IMG/VR virus record: IMGVR_UViG_3300022661_000085
Coordinates: 12,191 to 76,190 of that record
DNA: 64,000 bases
Reading direction: 5' to 3' (one strand)
From: a virus
Taxonomy: Duplodnaviria > Heunggongvirae > Uroviricota > Caudoviricetes
Shown: positions 21,087 through 30,766 of the stretch, in pieces
How the letters are laid out: each line of letters opens with the position of its first letter
Numbering within the stretch: the stretch's first letter is position 1
Program-made: the position numbers and the translations under genes
Notes under the pieces: model-generated
Database searches by the model: none
Told to the model about the DNA's origin: nothing
What the model saw: only the letters and a program-made list of their open reading frames with translations

Positions 21087-22307
21087 TTATCTCAAGCTTA
21101 CATCATAAATGCACTTTACAGCCTGCGTTTCGCTCGTAATAATAACGCACTGCTCGGGATCTCCGGATATTCTGAGGTCTACACAGTGGTCATCGGAACC
21201 AACTACACAGCCAACCTGAACAATCTTCACTCCGTATTGAGTGTCATAAGCGTTGTGGTGGCGGTGGTGCATTATAATAGCATCAGGCTTCTTGCCCGTC
21301 ATCATCGTCAGCTTGTGCGTGACATTAGAGGGCTTGTCTTTGTCGCCGTGTACGATATAGAACAGCTTGTCATTTCTCGTAACGAACGAATTGATGGAAT
21401 TGTCGATATATCCATCATTGCAAATCTTCACATCGGAATAGTTCTCAAATTTAATAGAAAGGAAGAAAGGAATTAACGCATCCAGTTCCTCTCCGTTGAG
21501 ATGTTCTTCCTTGTTGGGACTCATACGCGAATGGTTTCCAGAAACGCTGTGTACTCTCACTTCGCTGAAATGTTTGTGCAACTCCATAATGAAGTCGCCG
21601 ATGTACGTTGCAGCAATCTTGATCTGCTCTACAACGTTCTCGTTGTTTTGAAGTCTTAAATTGGGATGAATGTTGCCGCTGATGTTGTCACCGCCAAGCA
21701 CCACTTCACATCTGTTGCAGTGGTGGGTTGACTGGATATTGCGGATTTCATCCAGATATTTGCTCAAACGAGCCTTAAGTATGTCGGTATTGTATTTATT
21801 CCAATGATTATCTACCTCGATGCCGACGTGTAAGTCGGATAGGCACACAATCATATCGTCACTACCAACTGTGATAGGAGAAGGAACATAATCAAAGGGT
21901 TGAATATCGCGGGCAAATGCACGCTCTATAACTTCGATAAAGGATTCTTTACGAGCTTCTTCTCTGATAGACTTCTGGTAATCAACTCTTTCATCGCTAA
22001 GCTTCTGCCTCTCTTTGCGAATTTCTTCCTTTTCTTTTCTTAATAGAGCCAAGTAACCGTTTGTAACTTCGCCCTTCGACTGTTTCTCTCTGAAATATTC
22101 GGCAATGAATGCTCCGCCGAAAATAGTTTGTGACGCCTTTCTTAAGGTGTCGCTATGTACGCCAAGATTATATTTATCAACGATCTCTGCCCAGTCCATA
22201 TCGTTCTGACCGTTCATCTTGCCTTGGATGTCGTCTAAGCAAAGTTCGTATTGTTCTCTACTCAAACCGTATTTTTCAAGTTCTTGGTCTATTTCTACCA
22301 AATCCAA
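21087..22307 (-). CDS. calcineurin-like metallophosphoesterase with N-terminal coiled-coil
   Basis: Motifs 'DLHVG', 'GGDNISG', 'GNHS' and 'HHRHH' in the canonical MPP order. 406 aa. Confidence 0.55.
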   Translation of the reverse strand: MDLVEIDQELEKYGLSREQYELCLDDIQGKMNGQNDMDWAEIVDKYNLGVHSDTLRKASQTIFGGAFIAEYFREKQSKGEVTNGYLALLRKEKEEIRKERQKLSDERVDYQKSIREEARKESFIEVIERAFARDIQPFDYVPSPITVGSDDMIVCLSDLHVGIEVDNHWNKYNTDILKARLSKYLDEIRNIQSTHHCNRCEVVLGGDNISGNIHPNLRLQNNENVVEQIKIAATYIGDFIMELHKHFSEVRVHSVSGNHSRMSPNKEEHLNGEELDALIPFFLSIKFENYSDVKICNDGYIDNSINSFVTRNDKLFYIVHGDKDKPSNVTHKLTMMTGKKPDAIIMHHRHHNAYDTQYGVKIVQVGCVVGSDDHCVDLRISGDPEQCVIITSETQAVKCIYDVSLR

Positions 22308-22357
22308 ATGCCTCCTTGTTTCTTATGTGTCTGCTCTCCTGCCTAATGGCTGTGTGG

Positions 22358-22429
22358 TACTACCGGCGGGGATCGAACCCGCGATATTGCCGTGAAAGGG
22401 CAATGTCTTAGCCACTTGACCACGGTAGC
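22358..22429 (-). tRNA. tRNA-Glu (anticodon UUC)
   Basis: Hand-folded cloverleaf on the minus strand. Acceptor GCTACCG/CGGTAGT, anticodon loop CUUUCAC, T-arm GCGGGTTCGATCCCCGC. Confidence 0.7.
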
Positions 22430-22442
22430 AAATAAGCAAGGA

Positions 22443-23183
22443 CTATGCGCCCCTGCTAATATAAAGAGCTTTTATTTTTTGTCTACTTGTTGGTATACCG
22501 CATTCTCTACACCATTTACGAATTGTTTCTGGGTTTACTCCATACTGTAATCCAACATCTTCGAAAGATTTTTGCATTAAAAGTTCCATCAGTTTTGTAG
22601 CCGAAGGTCTTTCAATTACTTTTCTGCTATTTACCCGAGCACACGCGGAACACAACTCCGCACCACGTGTCTTAACTGCTCCGCAAATTGCACAGATGGG
22701 AGTTTCACCTTTTGTATTAAACTTTGTATCCCTTAAAGGATACTGAAGTTCTGGGTGGTTATGTACGTCCCCTTTATTTATCCTGATTATAGTCCTGCGA
22801 CTTAAATTGTGTTTTCGAGCAATTATCGAAAACGGCGTATCCGTATTGATTATCTCCGAAATAATTGTTTCAAGCTCTTCTGGCATATATAGCGTGAAAT
22901 GTGTTCGAGTGCTGCCGTCGCTTTTTAGAACATTATAACCATCGGGAACTACGGTGTTATATTTTTTAATGTAATACTCTTCGAGAGAATTGAGATCTTC
23001 TTCTAAGCATTCGCACAGCACTTGAAAATCAAAATTTTCTTTCCCGCACTTTTTAATTGCTCTGCTTATTAAGCTGTCTGTACTTGGACGCATATGCTCG
23101 CTCCACCGTCTCTCGATATGAATAGACTGCCCAACGTAAGATTTACCGTTAAGCCTGTTTGTAATTTTATAAATTCCTATCAT
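22443..23183 (-). CDS. GIY-YIG homing endonuclease
   Basis: N-terminal 'IGIYKITNRLNGKSYVGQSIHIERRWSEH' is a canonical GIY-YIG motif. The C-terminal part has a Zn-finger-like motif and an HTH-like motif. It lies between tRNA genes. Confidence 0.8.
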   Translation of the reverse strand: MIGIYKITNRLNGKSYVGQSIHIERRWSEHMRPSTDSLISRAIKKCGKENFDFQVLCECLEEDLNSLEEYYIKKYNTVVPDGYNVLKSDGSTRTHFTLYMPEELETIISEIINTDTPFSIIARKHNLSRRTIIRINKGDVHNHPELQYPLRDTKFNTKGETPICAICGAVKTRGAELCSACARVNSRKVIERPSATKLMELLMQKSFEDVGLQYGVNPETIRKWCRECGIPTSRQKIKALYISRGA

Positions 23184-23280
23184 TTTGCCTCCGATTATGG
23201 GTGCCTCTTATATTAAATTAAGGTAGAAGAAGGAGGCTCTTCTTGTCAATGAGTTAATTACTCTCACCTATCTACCTGAA

Positions 23281-23357
23281 TGGCTCCCCCTGTAGGGATC
23301 GAACCTACGACATCGCGGTTAACAGCCGCGTGCTCTGCCTAACTGAGCTAAAGGGGA
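23281..23357 (-). tRNA. tRNA-Asn (anticodon GUU), CCA encoded
   Basis: Minus-strand cloverleaf. 5' UCCCCUU.., anticodon loop CUGUUAA, 3' AGGGGGA-G-CCA. Confidence 0.7.
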
Positions 23358-23363
23358 ATGTAT

Positions 23364-23439
23364 TGGTTGCGGAGACTGGACTCGAACCAGCGACCTCTGA
23401 CTTATGAGGACAGCGAGCTACCATCTGCTCTACCCCGCA
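23364..23439 (-). tRNA. tRNA-Met (anticodon CAU; could be an Ile-lysidine or initiator type), CCA encoded
   Basis: Minus-strand cloverleaf. 5' UGCGGGG.., anticodon loop CUCAUAA, T-arm GCUGGUUCGAGUCCAGU, 3' CUCCGCA-A-CCA. Confidence 0.65.
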
Positions 23440-23510
23440 ATATAGCGGCGACACAGAGATCGCCGTTTTCTATTTCTCCCTATACGCCTATTAGATTCTT
23501 GCAATTTTTG

Positions 23511-23541
23511 GTTGCAAAAGTGTCTAAATATGGCGTATAAT
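23511..23541 (+). promoter_or_regulatory. sigma70-like promoter carrying the conserved spacer motif; antisense to the 3' end of the 912-aa gene
   Basis: TTGCAA(23512-17), 18-bp spacer containing GTGTCTAAATATGG, then TATAAT(23536-41). Confidence 0.3.
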
Positions 23542-23634
23542 AGGGCAAAATTTTAAATTTCCACAAACTCTTTGATATAAATCCGTGTTAATTTTAGGGC
23601 AAAAAGTTGTAAAAAATTTGATATAAATATATAT

Positions 23635-26373
23635 TTAATGTAGCAAAACCTTCTTATATTTGAACTCATACAAGGTAATATCGCCGTCTTCTGCCTCTTC
23701 CAAAGTATATAACGGCTCCTTGCTCGCCTCAATCATTCGGAAGAATGACTCATTAGGCTTGCCGAACAACACTTCAAAAATGAAACGGTACACGTCTTTT
23801 GTGTCCTTGTTATCGAGTTCCTTGAGGGTTAAATACATCGTGTATTCACATTCAGACATCTTGTCGATTGCATCAATGCACTCTTGCCTACGCTCGGCAA
23901 CCTGATTCCAGATCAATTCCTTCTCGTCTTTCTTTTTAGTGTCATAATCGATGTACATTTTTCTTATATCATCCTTCGCTTTGCGGATGATTGTGATGAT
24001 CTTATCACGTTGGATGCAGTTATAACCACTGCGAACTGCCATCTCGGGCTTGCGAACGATATCCATAAAAGGAACAATCGTCGCTTTGTACTGCCGCGCT
24101 TGACGGAAATTTGTTGAGGAAATTATCTTCTGCAGATAATCCATAGGGGTATCAAAATATCTATATCTCGTACCGTCGCTAAGCTCATATCCATTCTCAA
24201 GCGTTATCATCTTGAAGAACATAGGCTTCACTTGACGGTTATCATCTTCTATTTTATACTTGGACTTCAACCAAGAAATCTCATTGAAGCTGTTGATTAT
24301 GTATTCTTTCTTCGCTTTGTCGATTTCAATGCCCGACAAGACTGCAAGCTTGCAAATATCGTTGTAGAGTTCTTCACAATCTTCCATACTCTCACCGCGG
24401 TTTAGTCGCTCCCAGTAAAGGCTGTTCAACTGCTGAGAGAGGTTTACGATTTCGCCGATCTTATTGACGCTCGTTTTCACGTCAAGGTCAGCTTTGTGCT
24501 CGTGATTGTAACGGCGGGCAGTTTTTTGAGAGTCAACGAAGCACGTTGGGACTTTGAACGCGGAATAATTCTTACGCGCCGCTGCAATAAGAACCTCATT
24601 GTCTGTGAGGAGAATACTGTCGGAGTCGTAGTCACAACCGTTTAGTCTTTGCTGAATGTTCTCGTTGATTGCATTCACGTAAACAATCTCGTTAGAAAGA
24701 TTGAAGTACTTGTCAATATCCTCGTTGGCTACATTCTGTGAAAGAAGAACATTGCCCATCGTGATATGAGGACTTCTGGATGCAAGGATTGTTTTGCCGT
24801 ACTCAAACTTTGTACTGTGAATGCACCCGGGAGCAATGACTCCTTCGCCTTTAAACGTTCCGATTGCCTGCTGCAGAAGCTCCATACCGTTTCCAAGAAG
24901 CGTTGAGTAGTTGCCGTGCAACAAAACGTGACCTTGTTTTAGGTTTCTGATGAAGCCCTTAACAATATCGTTGCGGAACTCTTTGTAGAGCTGAGTCAAC
25001 GCAAACTGATTATTGATGCCAAGCATCTTGAATACGATGTCGTTTTTGGACTTGAGGGGGTTTAGTTCCCCTTCCATTTCCTCTGCTCTGAAGGGATATC
25101 CGATATGGTATCTGAGCACGTCGGGATCTCTACGAACCGCCCCTATATAATCTAAGGAAGGTTTCAATAGTGCCTCAACCTCACCATAGGACAATTGAAG
25201 TGTGTTCAGCAATTGATAGTGGCACTGAACCATTCTGCCGTCGAAGAAGTGTGTTTCCTTCTCGTACTTGACGATACCGAATGTACTATCGATGTTCTTT
25301 AGCCACTGCTCGATCTTTCCGAACTTCAGATACTTAACACTGCTTGGCGTGGTAATCAGCTTGATTTGCGAGATGTCGGTAGCCAGTGTGAAACCATTGA
25401 GCTGGTCAATTCTCTCAATGCCGTTATCAGTGAACCATTTCTGAATATTGGTATTGAATGCGCAAGTCTTAAAGAAACGGTTACGCAAAAGCAACATTCC
25501 CTTGTCGGGGTAATCCGTAAACATACTCGTGTCCATCAAGGACTCACCGTCCCAGATACTATTGGAAATCTTCATTTCCTTTCTCTTGGATACGAGCTTA
25601 CCGTCCTGCGCCTCGACCGCCACAACCTCGTCTGTGAACTTGCTATCATAGTCATCAACAATGAGAATATTCTCGGGCTGAATTTGTATTGTATCAATGA
25701 TGCTACTCATAGGAAGCGAGATATAAGCTTCCCACGCCGCCAAGTCAATGGGATCGTTCTCTTTAATGGTTAAACCACATCTGTCCCACTTTGCCATTCT
25801 TTCCGCAACAACCGCATTTACAAACAAGCATTTTCCTACGCGGCTGCTTCCGCTACTTCTCTTATATCTAACGTAGTGAATACCGTCGCAGACAAATCCG
25901 TGCTCGTACAGATACTGTCTTAGGTCACTCTTGTTCATCTCGACGGGGATTGAACCGACCTGCTTATAGTAACCATCCGCGAATGTAAAACATCCGCCGA
26001 GCATCTCTTGTGAGATTGGCTCCCTGATTTCCACGTTGGTTTGAATTGCTACGAGCTTACCGTCTTGGATGCACACGCCGTCCTGCATTACGCAGTCTCT
26101 GAAAGCATATCCAGAGCGAATGTATGTATTTTTTCCTACCTTATTAAATTCTTTATATGAATACGAGAATTTCACGTTGATAACCATCTGAGTGTACTTC
26201 TTCCCGCCGGACACGAAATAGAAGTTTCTCTTACGAGTCTCGCGCTCATACGCTTCTTGGAGCTTGATAGTGTCCAAGCTCCAGTCCAACGCATTCTCAA
26301 ATTTCTTAAGTGAGATTTTACCTTCTCTGTCTCTTATATCGTAACCAACACCGTTGTTGTTGATTAGGTTCAT
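23635..26373 (-). CDS. large hypothetical protein (912 aa) with a D-x-D-x-D acidic motif; candidate nucleic-acid polymerase/primase
   Basis: Long ORF with good coding character. It has 'NGCDYDSDSILLTDN' (Asp at positions 1, 3, 5) and 'ILIVDDYDSKF'. No canonical helicase motifs. Confidence 0.5.
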   Translation of the reverse strand: MNLINNNGVGYDIRDREGKISLKKFENALDWSLDTIKLQEAYERETRKRNFYFVSGGKKYTQMVINVKFSYSYKEFNKVGKNTYIRSGYAFRDCVMQDGVCIQDGKLVAIQTNVEIREPISQEMLGGCFTFADGYYKQVGSIPVEMNKSDLRQYLYEHGFVCDGIHYVRYKRSSGSSRVGKCLFVNAVVAERMAKWDRCGLTIKENDPIDLAAWEAYISLPMSSIIDTIQIQPENILIVDDYDSKFTDEVVAVEAQDGKLVSKRKEMKISNSIWDGESLMDTSMFTDYPDKGMLLLRNRFFKTCAFNTNIQKWFTDNGIERIDQLNGFTLATDISQIKLITTPSSVKYLKFGKIEQWLKNIDSTFGIVKYEKETHFFDGRMVQCHYQLLNTLQLSYGEVEALLKPSLDYIGAVRRDPDVLRYHIGYPFRAEEMEGELNPLKSKNDIVFKMLGINNQFALTQLYKEFRNDIVKGFIRNLKQGHVLLHGNYSTLLGNGMELLQQAIGTFKGEGVIAPGCIHSTKFEYGKTILASRSPHITMGNVLLSQNVANEDIDKYFNLSNEIVYVNAINENIQQRLNGCDYDSDSILLTDNEVLIAAARKNYSAFKVPTCFVDSQKTARRYNHEHKADLDVKTSVNKIGEIVNLSQQLNSLYWERLNRGESMEDCEELYNDICKLAVLSGIEIDKAKKEYIINSFNEISWLKSKYKIEDDNRQVKPMFFKMITLENGYELSDGTRYRYFDTPMDYLQKIISSTNFRQARQYKATIVPFMDIVRKPEMAVRSGYNCIQRDKIITIIRKAKDDIRKMYIDYDTKKKDEKELIWNQVAERRQECIDAIDKMSECEYTMYLTLKELDNKDTKDVYRFIFEVLFGKPNESFFRMIEASKEPLYTLEEAEDGDITLYEFKYKKVLLH

Positions 26374-26443
26374 GGCGGCGTATAGATCCTTCGCCTCCAG
26401 TGATAATATCTTAAATGACTTGTTTATAGCCTTATCCTCCTGA

Positions 26444-26629
26444 TTAACCGTTTTGCTCGTCGATCAATTCCTGATACACTTGAGCACGTTCTTTTAAATC
26501 TTTTTCATATTCTTCAATAGCGATCTCTTCGTCATCGAGTGGCTCGTAATAATCGCAGTCCACCTCGATGTCGTTATCGCATCTATCTTCGCACTTGTCG
26601 TACCAAAAGCAGTTCTTGCAATTCTTCAA
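26444..26629 (-). CDS. small acidic Cys-rich (Zn-ribbon-like) protein
   Basis: 61 aa. 'CKNCFWYDKCEDRCDNDIEVDCDYYEP'. Start overlaps the stop of the upstream ATPase gene. Confidence 0.35.
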   Translation of the reverse strand: MKNCKNCFWYDKCEDRCDNDIEVDCDYYEPLDDEEIAIEEYEKDLKERAQVYQELIDEQNG

Positions 26630-27951
26630 GACTTTTTACCTCCTTCGTTCTTTCTCTTTGACCGATGGAGAGCATAAGCGCACTCGCGGTGCGTCGGTAC
26701 TTTTCTTGCGTTGAAACGCAAAGGCTCCAGATCTCTGCCTTCGGCGAGATTATCTATCCATTCCTGCAATAAATATCTCATTCGTTTGCTGGGAATGTAA
26801 ATCCAGACTTCCTCGCCCTTACGTACTGCGGAACGGAATATCCACTGCACGAGAACCGAAAGCGCGTACATATCTTGATTCACATCCTCGACGCCGAGCT
26901 TCGTCAGATAGTTCTTCATCCACGGTTGCATAAATACGTTTAAGCAATACGCCAAGTAATGGCGATCCGCGAAGTTGTTGCTGGCTCTTTTATTAAAGGT
27001 AATAAATCCGTTGGAGTATCCCTTTCCTTTAAGAGCACTGCGATATCTGTTCAAAGTCGTCCACATCTTATCGTCGTTTCCACTCTTCGTGTGTCTAAAT
27101 ATGTTGTATAAGTTATTTTTTAAAATGGTGATATTCGGTTGACCTACCTCGCGGTACACCCTGTCGAACCACCCTGCTGATAACGAAAAGCTCTTGTTGC
27201 CGATTTCGTTATGTCTATCATTATAATTTATATGGATCTTATCCCGTAGGTCTACGCGGCGATCCATCTCTTCAAGCGGGCAGAACTGAAAGATACCGTT
27301 CTGGCGCTTAGTGCCTATGAGCTGATACTCTACATTGTTTACATCAAAGAAGTATTTCAGCATCTGATATTCAAATAAATAGGTAAGCACGTAAACATCA
27401 TCGAAACAGTTGAATACATCTATCGGCAACGACCAGAAGTAGAAGGAGCCGTCGTAGTCAACGAGGTTGCGCGACTTGGATATCTGCATAATCTCGCTGA
27501 ACAGAACTCCCGTGTACTCATCGTCATCCCAGATGACATTGTCATCCTGCTTCTTAGCGATGTTGTTCCGTACAAGAAAATTCACATCTCCGCCGTCGAG
27601 ATTGACGGGCTGGAATAAATCGATTACCTCATCGAGCACAAGCGTGTAGTGTTGCTCTCGGATGAGCGTTTTAATCTCTTCATTATAACAAGAGAATAAA
27701 GCGTGTGTACTGGCGATGTTCTCACCAGCGCGTAAAAGAGAAGGAACATCTTTGAGCTTAGAGTATCCGTTGGTGAACCTCCGTTCCGGGGAAACGAACT
27801 TCCGCGCGGCGCAAGAGGTCTTAATCCTCTCTACCTCATCAAGATAAGGCGTTATGAAGATGTATTTTCTCTCTGAGTCATTGTTCATCATATTGATGCA
27901 AGACTGTGTTTTACCGGCTCCACAGAGCGCATCACAGACTTTTACAACCAT
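26626..27951 (-). CDS. P-loop NTPase (Walker A/B), function unknown (replication, recombination or defence-type ATPase)
   Basis: 441 aa. Walker A 'CGAGKTQ' near the N-terminus, Walker B 'LVLDEVID'. No terminase nuclease domain. A strong promoter lies upstream. Confidence 0.55.
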   Translation of the reverse strand: MVVKVCDALCGAGKTQSCINMMNNDSERKYIFITPYLDEVERIKTSCAARKFVSPERRFTNGYSKLKDVPSLLRAGENIASTHALFSCYNEEIKTLIREQHYTLVLDEVIDLFQPVNLDGGDVNFLVRNNIAKKQDDNVIWDDDEYTGVLFSEIMQISKSRNLVDYDGSFYFWSLPIDVFNCFDDVYVLTYLFEYQMLKYFFDVNNVEYQLIGTKRQNGIFQFCPLEEMDRRVDLRDKIHINYNDRHNEIGNKSFSLSAGWFDRVYREVGQPNITILKNNLYNIFRHTKSGNDDKMWTTLNRYRSALKGKGYSNGFITFNKRASNNFADRHYLAYCLNVFMQPWMKNYLTKLGVEDVNQDMYALSVLVQWIFRSAVRKGEEVWIYIPSKRMRYLLQEWIDNLAEGRDLEPLRFNARKVPTHRECAYALHRSKRKNEGGKKS

Positions 27952-28225
27952 TAAAAATCCTCCGTAAAAAACAAAAATGCAACCCGGGGGGTTGCAAACT
28001 GGTTCAAATTAGTCCCTATATAGGGGAAGATTTTTCACTCCCTAAAAAGGAAGGTATACCTTAAAATGCAATTATGCACTTGTCTGTAATCAGCTCTCAC
28101 TTCGTTCGAGACTCTTGCCAAGAGTGATAAAGACGTAATTGAATCAGTTAGCAGCCCGTATGTGTGGGCGTATTGGTCAGCGAATATCTCTTACAATCTT
28201 TATCCTCTGGAATCCTACTGTATAT

Positions 28226-28254
28226 ATTATACACCATATTTAGACACTTGTCAA
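28226..28254 (-). promoter_or_regulatory. sigma70-like promoter for the ATPase/912-aa operon
   Basis: Reverse complement reads TTGACA, a 17-bp spacer AGTGTCTAAATATGGTG, then TATAAT. Confidence 0.5.
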
Positions 28255-28339
28255 GGGGTTTTTGAAAAATAATTAAAAAAATTTTTGTTGCCGGTGCAAG
28301 ATCAGGGGTTCTTTCTTTTTATTATTTTTCTTTCTTAAA

Positions 28340-28470
28340 TATCAGCTTTCTGTTATAAGTAAGCTATATAAGCTTCCTTAATCAGTAAGCTAATAAGCTC
28401 TCTTATATAGTAAGCTAATAAGCTCTCTTATATAGTAAGCTTATATATTATATATATTATTATATATAGC
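28340..28470. repeat. AT-rich tandem repeats (25-bp unit AGTAAGCTAATAAGCTCTCTTATAT x2 plus partial copies; AGTAAGCT word x4)
   Basis: Direct inspection of 28384-28433 and flanks. Confidence 0.6.
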
Positions 28471-28499
28471 TATATATAGAAGGGTTGATTTCTATCTTT

Positions 28500-29460
28500 T
28501 ATAGTATAGTCGAAAAGACATCCTACCATAGGAGAGATCGCGAGGCTTGGGAACAATCAACCCTTCTCTTCTGTGTTTTACGGATCAAGCGATCTTCTCC
28601 GATTATGGGCAAACTTCCCGAATGAGGGTGCCGAGGTGTTCGAAGGGAAAATGGCGTGTGGGTGAGGAGAGGTGGACACCCTCGCGCACGCGAAAAAAGG
28701 AAGGGTTTGGCGTGTAAAATCACCCCCTATGGTCGGCGATGTTATCAACGCCAAAAAGATAACATTCGGTCGGCAAGAAAAGGGCAGGTTCTCCCTATGG
28801 GAGAAAAACCGCCTTTCTTGAGGGGGTGGAGCGAGTGGGTTCGAGTTGGCGAGTTCCCTCTACGAGGGAAAAGGGCGATTTCCCCTCTCTCCTCGTCCTC
28901 TCCCCTCTATTCACCTCAGTGAATAGCCGTCCTCTCGTGCCGTCCGTCCGAGAGCCGAGAGCCGACCTTCTCTCGTCCCGTAAGGGACTCTCTTCCCTCC
29001 TTTGTCCTCCCCTCCCTCACCGCCTTGCCGACCTCTGCCGACCGACCGAAAGCCCCAACCCCATAAAGGGGGTTGCCGTCGTCAAGAAGGGGGTAATAGG
29101 GGATATTCTCCCCTATAGTCCCCTCCTTCAAAGTGCCGTTCCCGTAGGGAACGAGGTTGCCCTCCCGTGGGTAGCGCAGGCAGCGCCCGCCTCACGCCTC
29201 CGCATCACACGAGGCAAGCCGAGCCGAAACCGAAATTTTTTCCCCGAAGGGGAAGTCGAGCCGAAAGTCGAAATTCACAAAAAATTCACAAATCGGCTCT
29301 CCCCGTAAGGGGAGTCGAAGCGCCCAAATCCGCAACCCCTAAAGGGGTTGACGAATCGTGCCGACCGTGGTATCATAGATACAGGCGGCAACCCCGACCG
29401 CCGACCGACCGAGCCGACAACGGCAAGGCGAAAAATCAAAATCACACAGGGGAGAAAGGC
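28500..29460. other. GC-rich ORF-free hairpin-dense tract
   Basis: Many CCCC-N3/4-GGGG and CTCCC..GGGAG mini-hairpins, CCGACCGACC repeats and a polypyrimidine tract. Six-frame ORFs here are low-complexity and lack RBS. Confidence 0.5.
29348..29376 (+). promoter_or_regulatory. promoter-like unit upstream of the HTH gene
   Basis: ACCCCTAAAGGGGT inverted repeat, then TTGACG(29348-53), a 17-bp spacer, and TATCAT(29371-76). An ATG follows at 29470 with a GGGGAGAAAGG RBS. Confidence 0.4.
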
Positions 29461-29469
29461 ACACACGCC

Positions 29470-30390
29470 ATGAAAAACACACGCAAAAACGCAACCGCAA
29501 CCACCGCAACCACCACCCGTCCCGTTACCACCGAAGGTGGTAAGCGTAGCCACTTTGACGAGGTACTTGACAAAGTCAAGTATGTCGGTGTCGGCAACGG
29601 ACTTGACGGCTCCGCCTACACCATCGAAGATGGTGAGGTCGGCTTGGGACTGAACGCACTTGACTGGCTTTGCTACGAAGTAGCAAAGGTGTTCGTGGTC
29701 AATCGTGATTACCTGCCCACACATATGCAGGACGCAGTTCGCCGTATCCGCCGAGTGAAACTCGGCACGGATACGAAGCCGGTTATGACGCCCTACATCA
29801 CCTCTGGTGATGCGTCCATTGACGACCTCCGTTCCACCGTTTGCTTGTCGCTCCTTGCCTCTTTAGAGGCAAACGACCGTGAGAACGCAATCCGCAATGC
29901 CTTTAAGGCATTGGATGCCGAAATCGTCCACGACAAGTACGAAGCCCGTGAGTACAAAACTCTTCCGAAGGAAGAGGTTTTGTGCGACGAGGACATCGGC
30001 TTGGTGAGGGCACTTATCGAGGGCAACACCTCTTACGAGGTGTCCTTCAAGCAAGACGGTCGCCCCGACCTCGTGGTGAGATACGAAGTATCTCCCGCCC
30101 TGCTCGCCATCTTTGACGGAGTCAAAGCGGCACACAAGTTCGCTTTCACGGACAGTATGTGCACGAGGTGGAGAGCGTTTGAGTACTTCGTACTCAACGT
30201 CAGCAACAACGAAATCGCCTCTCGGCTTGCTATAAGCAAGCAGAGAGCCTCGGCTCTGAACTGCGAAACTTGCAAGTGGTTTCTTGACGTAGTCAAGAAC
30301 CTCGACCTCAAGCACCTTGAGGAAATCGCCAAGTGTCCTAAGACACTTGAAACGCTCCGCCACATACAAGCGGCTGCACTTGCCGCCTAA
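29470..30390 (+). CDS. HTH protein with sigma-70 region-4/LuxR-like C-terminal motif (candidate transcription regulator)
   Basis: Start is the internal Met of the 29167 ORF, chosen for its RBS. The C-terminal 'NNEIASRLAISKQRASALNCETCKWF' matches the region 4.2 HTH pattern. Confidence 0.5.
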   Translation: MKNTRKNATATTATTTRPVTTEGGKRSHFDEVLDKVKYVGVGNGLDGSAYTIEDGEVGLGLNALDWLCYEVAKVFVVNRDYLPTHMQDAVRRIRRVKLGTDTKPVMTPYITSGDASIDDLRSTVCLSLLASLEANDRENAIRNAFKALDAEIVHDKYEAREYKTLPKEEVLCDEDIGLVRALIEGNTSYEVSFKQDGRPDLVVRYEVSPALLAIFDGVKAAHKFAFTDSMCTRWRAFEYFVLNVSNNEIASRLAISKQRASALNCETCKWFLDVVKNLDLKHLEEIAKCPKTLETLRHIQAAALAA

Positions 30391-30415
30391 GTCCCGTAGG
30401 GACTTAATAACACTC

Positions 30416-30454
30416 AACCCCGTAGGGCACAAAACCCCTACGGGGTTTTCTCTT
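30416..30454 (+). terminator. rho-independent terminator
   Basis: CCCCGTAGGG-cacaaaa-CCCTACGGGG followed by TTTTCTCTTT. Confidence 0.6.
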
Positions 30455-30550
30455 TACGTGCGTATATCATACGTGCGTTTTTTTACGCGCGTGCACGTGT
30501 GCCCGTCCTTTGGGGATAGGGGTTTGGGGGAAGGGGGAGCAGTGTTCGTG

Positions 30551-30760
30551 TGCCGACCGAACCCCTAAAGGGGTTGACGGCAGTTCCCTTTGAGTGCCGA
30601 CCGACCGAGCCGACCGACAACGGCACACGGCACACGGCACACACGAAAGCGGAGCGACCGAACCCCTAAAGGGGTTGACGGCAGTTCCCTTTGAGTGCCG
30701 ACCGACCGAGCCGACCGACAACGGCACGGACGGAACGCACACGAAAAACACACACTCAGG
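30551..30760 (+). repeat. two tandem ~105-bp promoter-like units, paralogous to the 29330-29410 unit
   Basis: Each unit reads ACCCCTAAAGGGGTTGACGGCAGTTCCCTTTGAGTGCCGACCGACCGAGCCGACCGACAACGGCAC. Confidence 0.55.
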
Positions 30761-30766
30761 AAGGAT

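Noticed and set aside
24840-24880. Family-B DNA polymerase motif C (YGDTDS) resemblance of DYDSDS in the 912-aa protein
   Set aside because: Motifs A (DxxSLYPS) and B (KxxxNSxYG) and the exonuclease motifs are absent. It is kept only as a generic acidic metal-binding-motif hypothesis.
25366-25773. Antisense ORFs inside long minus-strand genes (for example 25366-25773, 2249-2638, 12061-12774, 15732-16538)
   Set aside because: They are fully embedded opposite well-supported long ORFs, lack RBS and have atypical composition. They are likely spurious.
28340-28470. CRISPR array suggested by tandem repeats
   Set aside because: Repeats are AT-rich, contiguous with no regular spacers, and only about 2 full units. 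No cas genes are present.
28826-29308. Six-frame ORFs (for example 28826-29308 and 28916-29131) in the GC-rich tract as protein-coding genes
   Set aside because: Low-complexity Pro/Ser/Arg-rich translations. No RBS. The ORFs overlap on both strands, as expected from GC-rich repeats. The region is better explained as noncoding.
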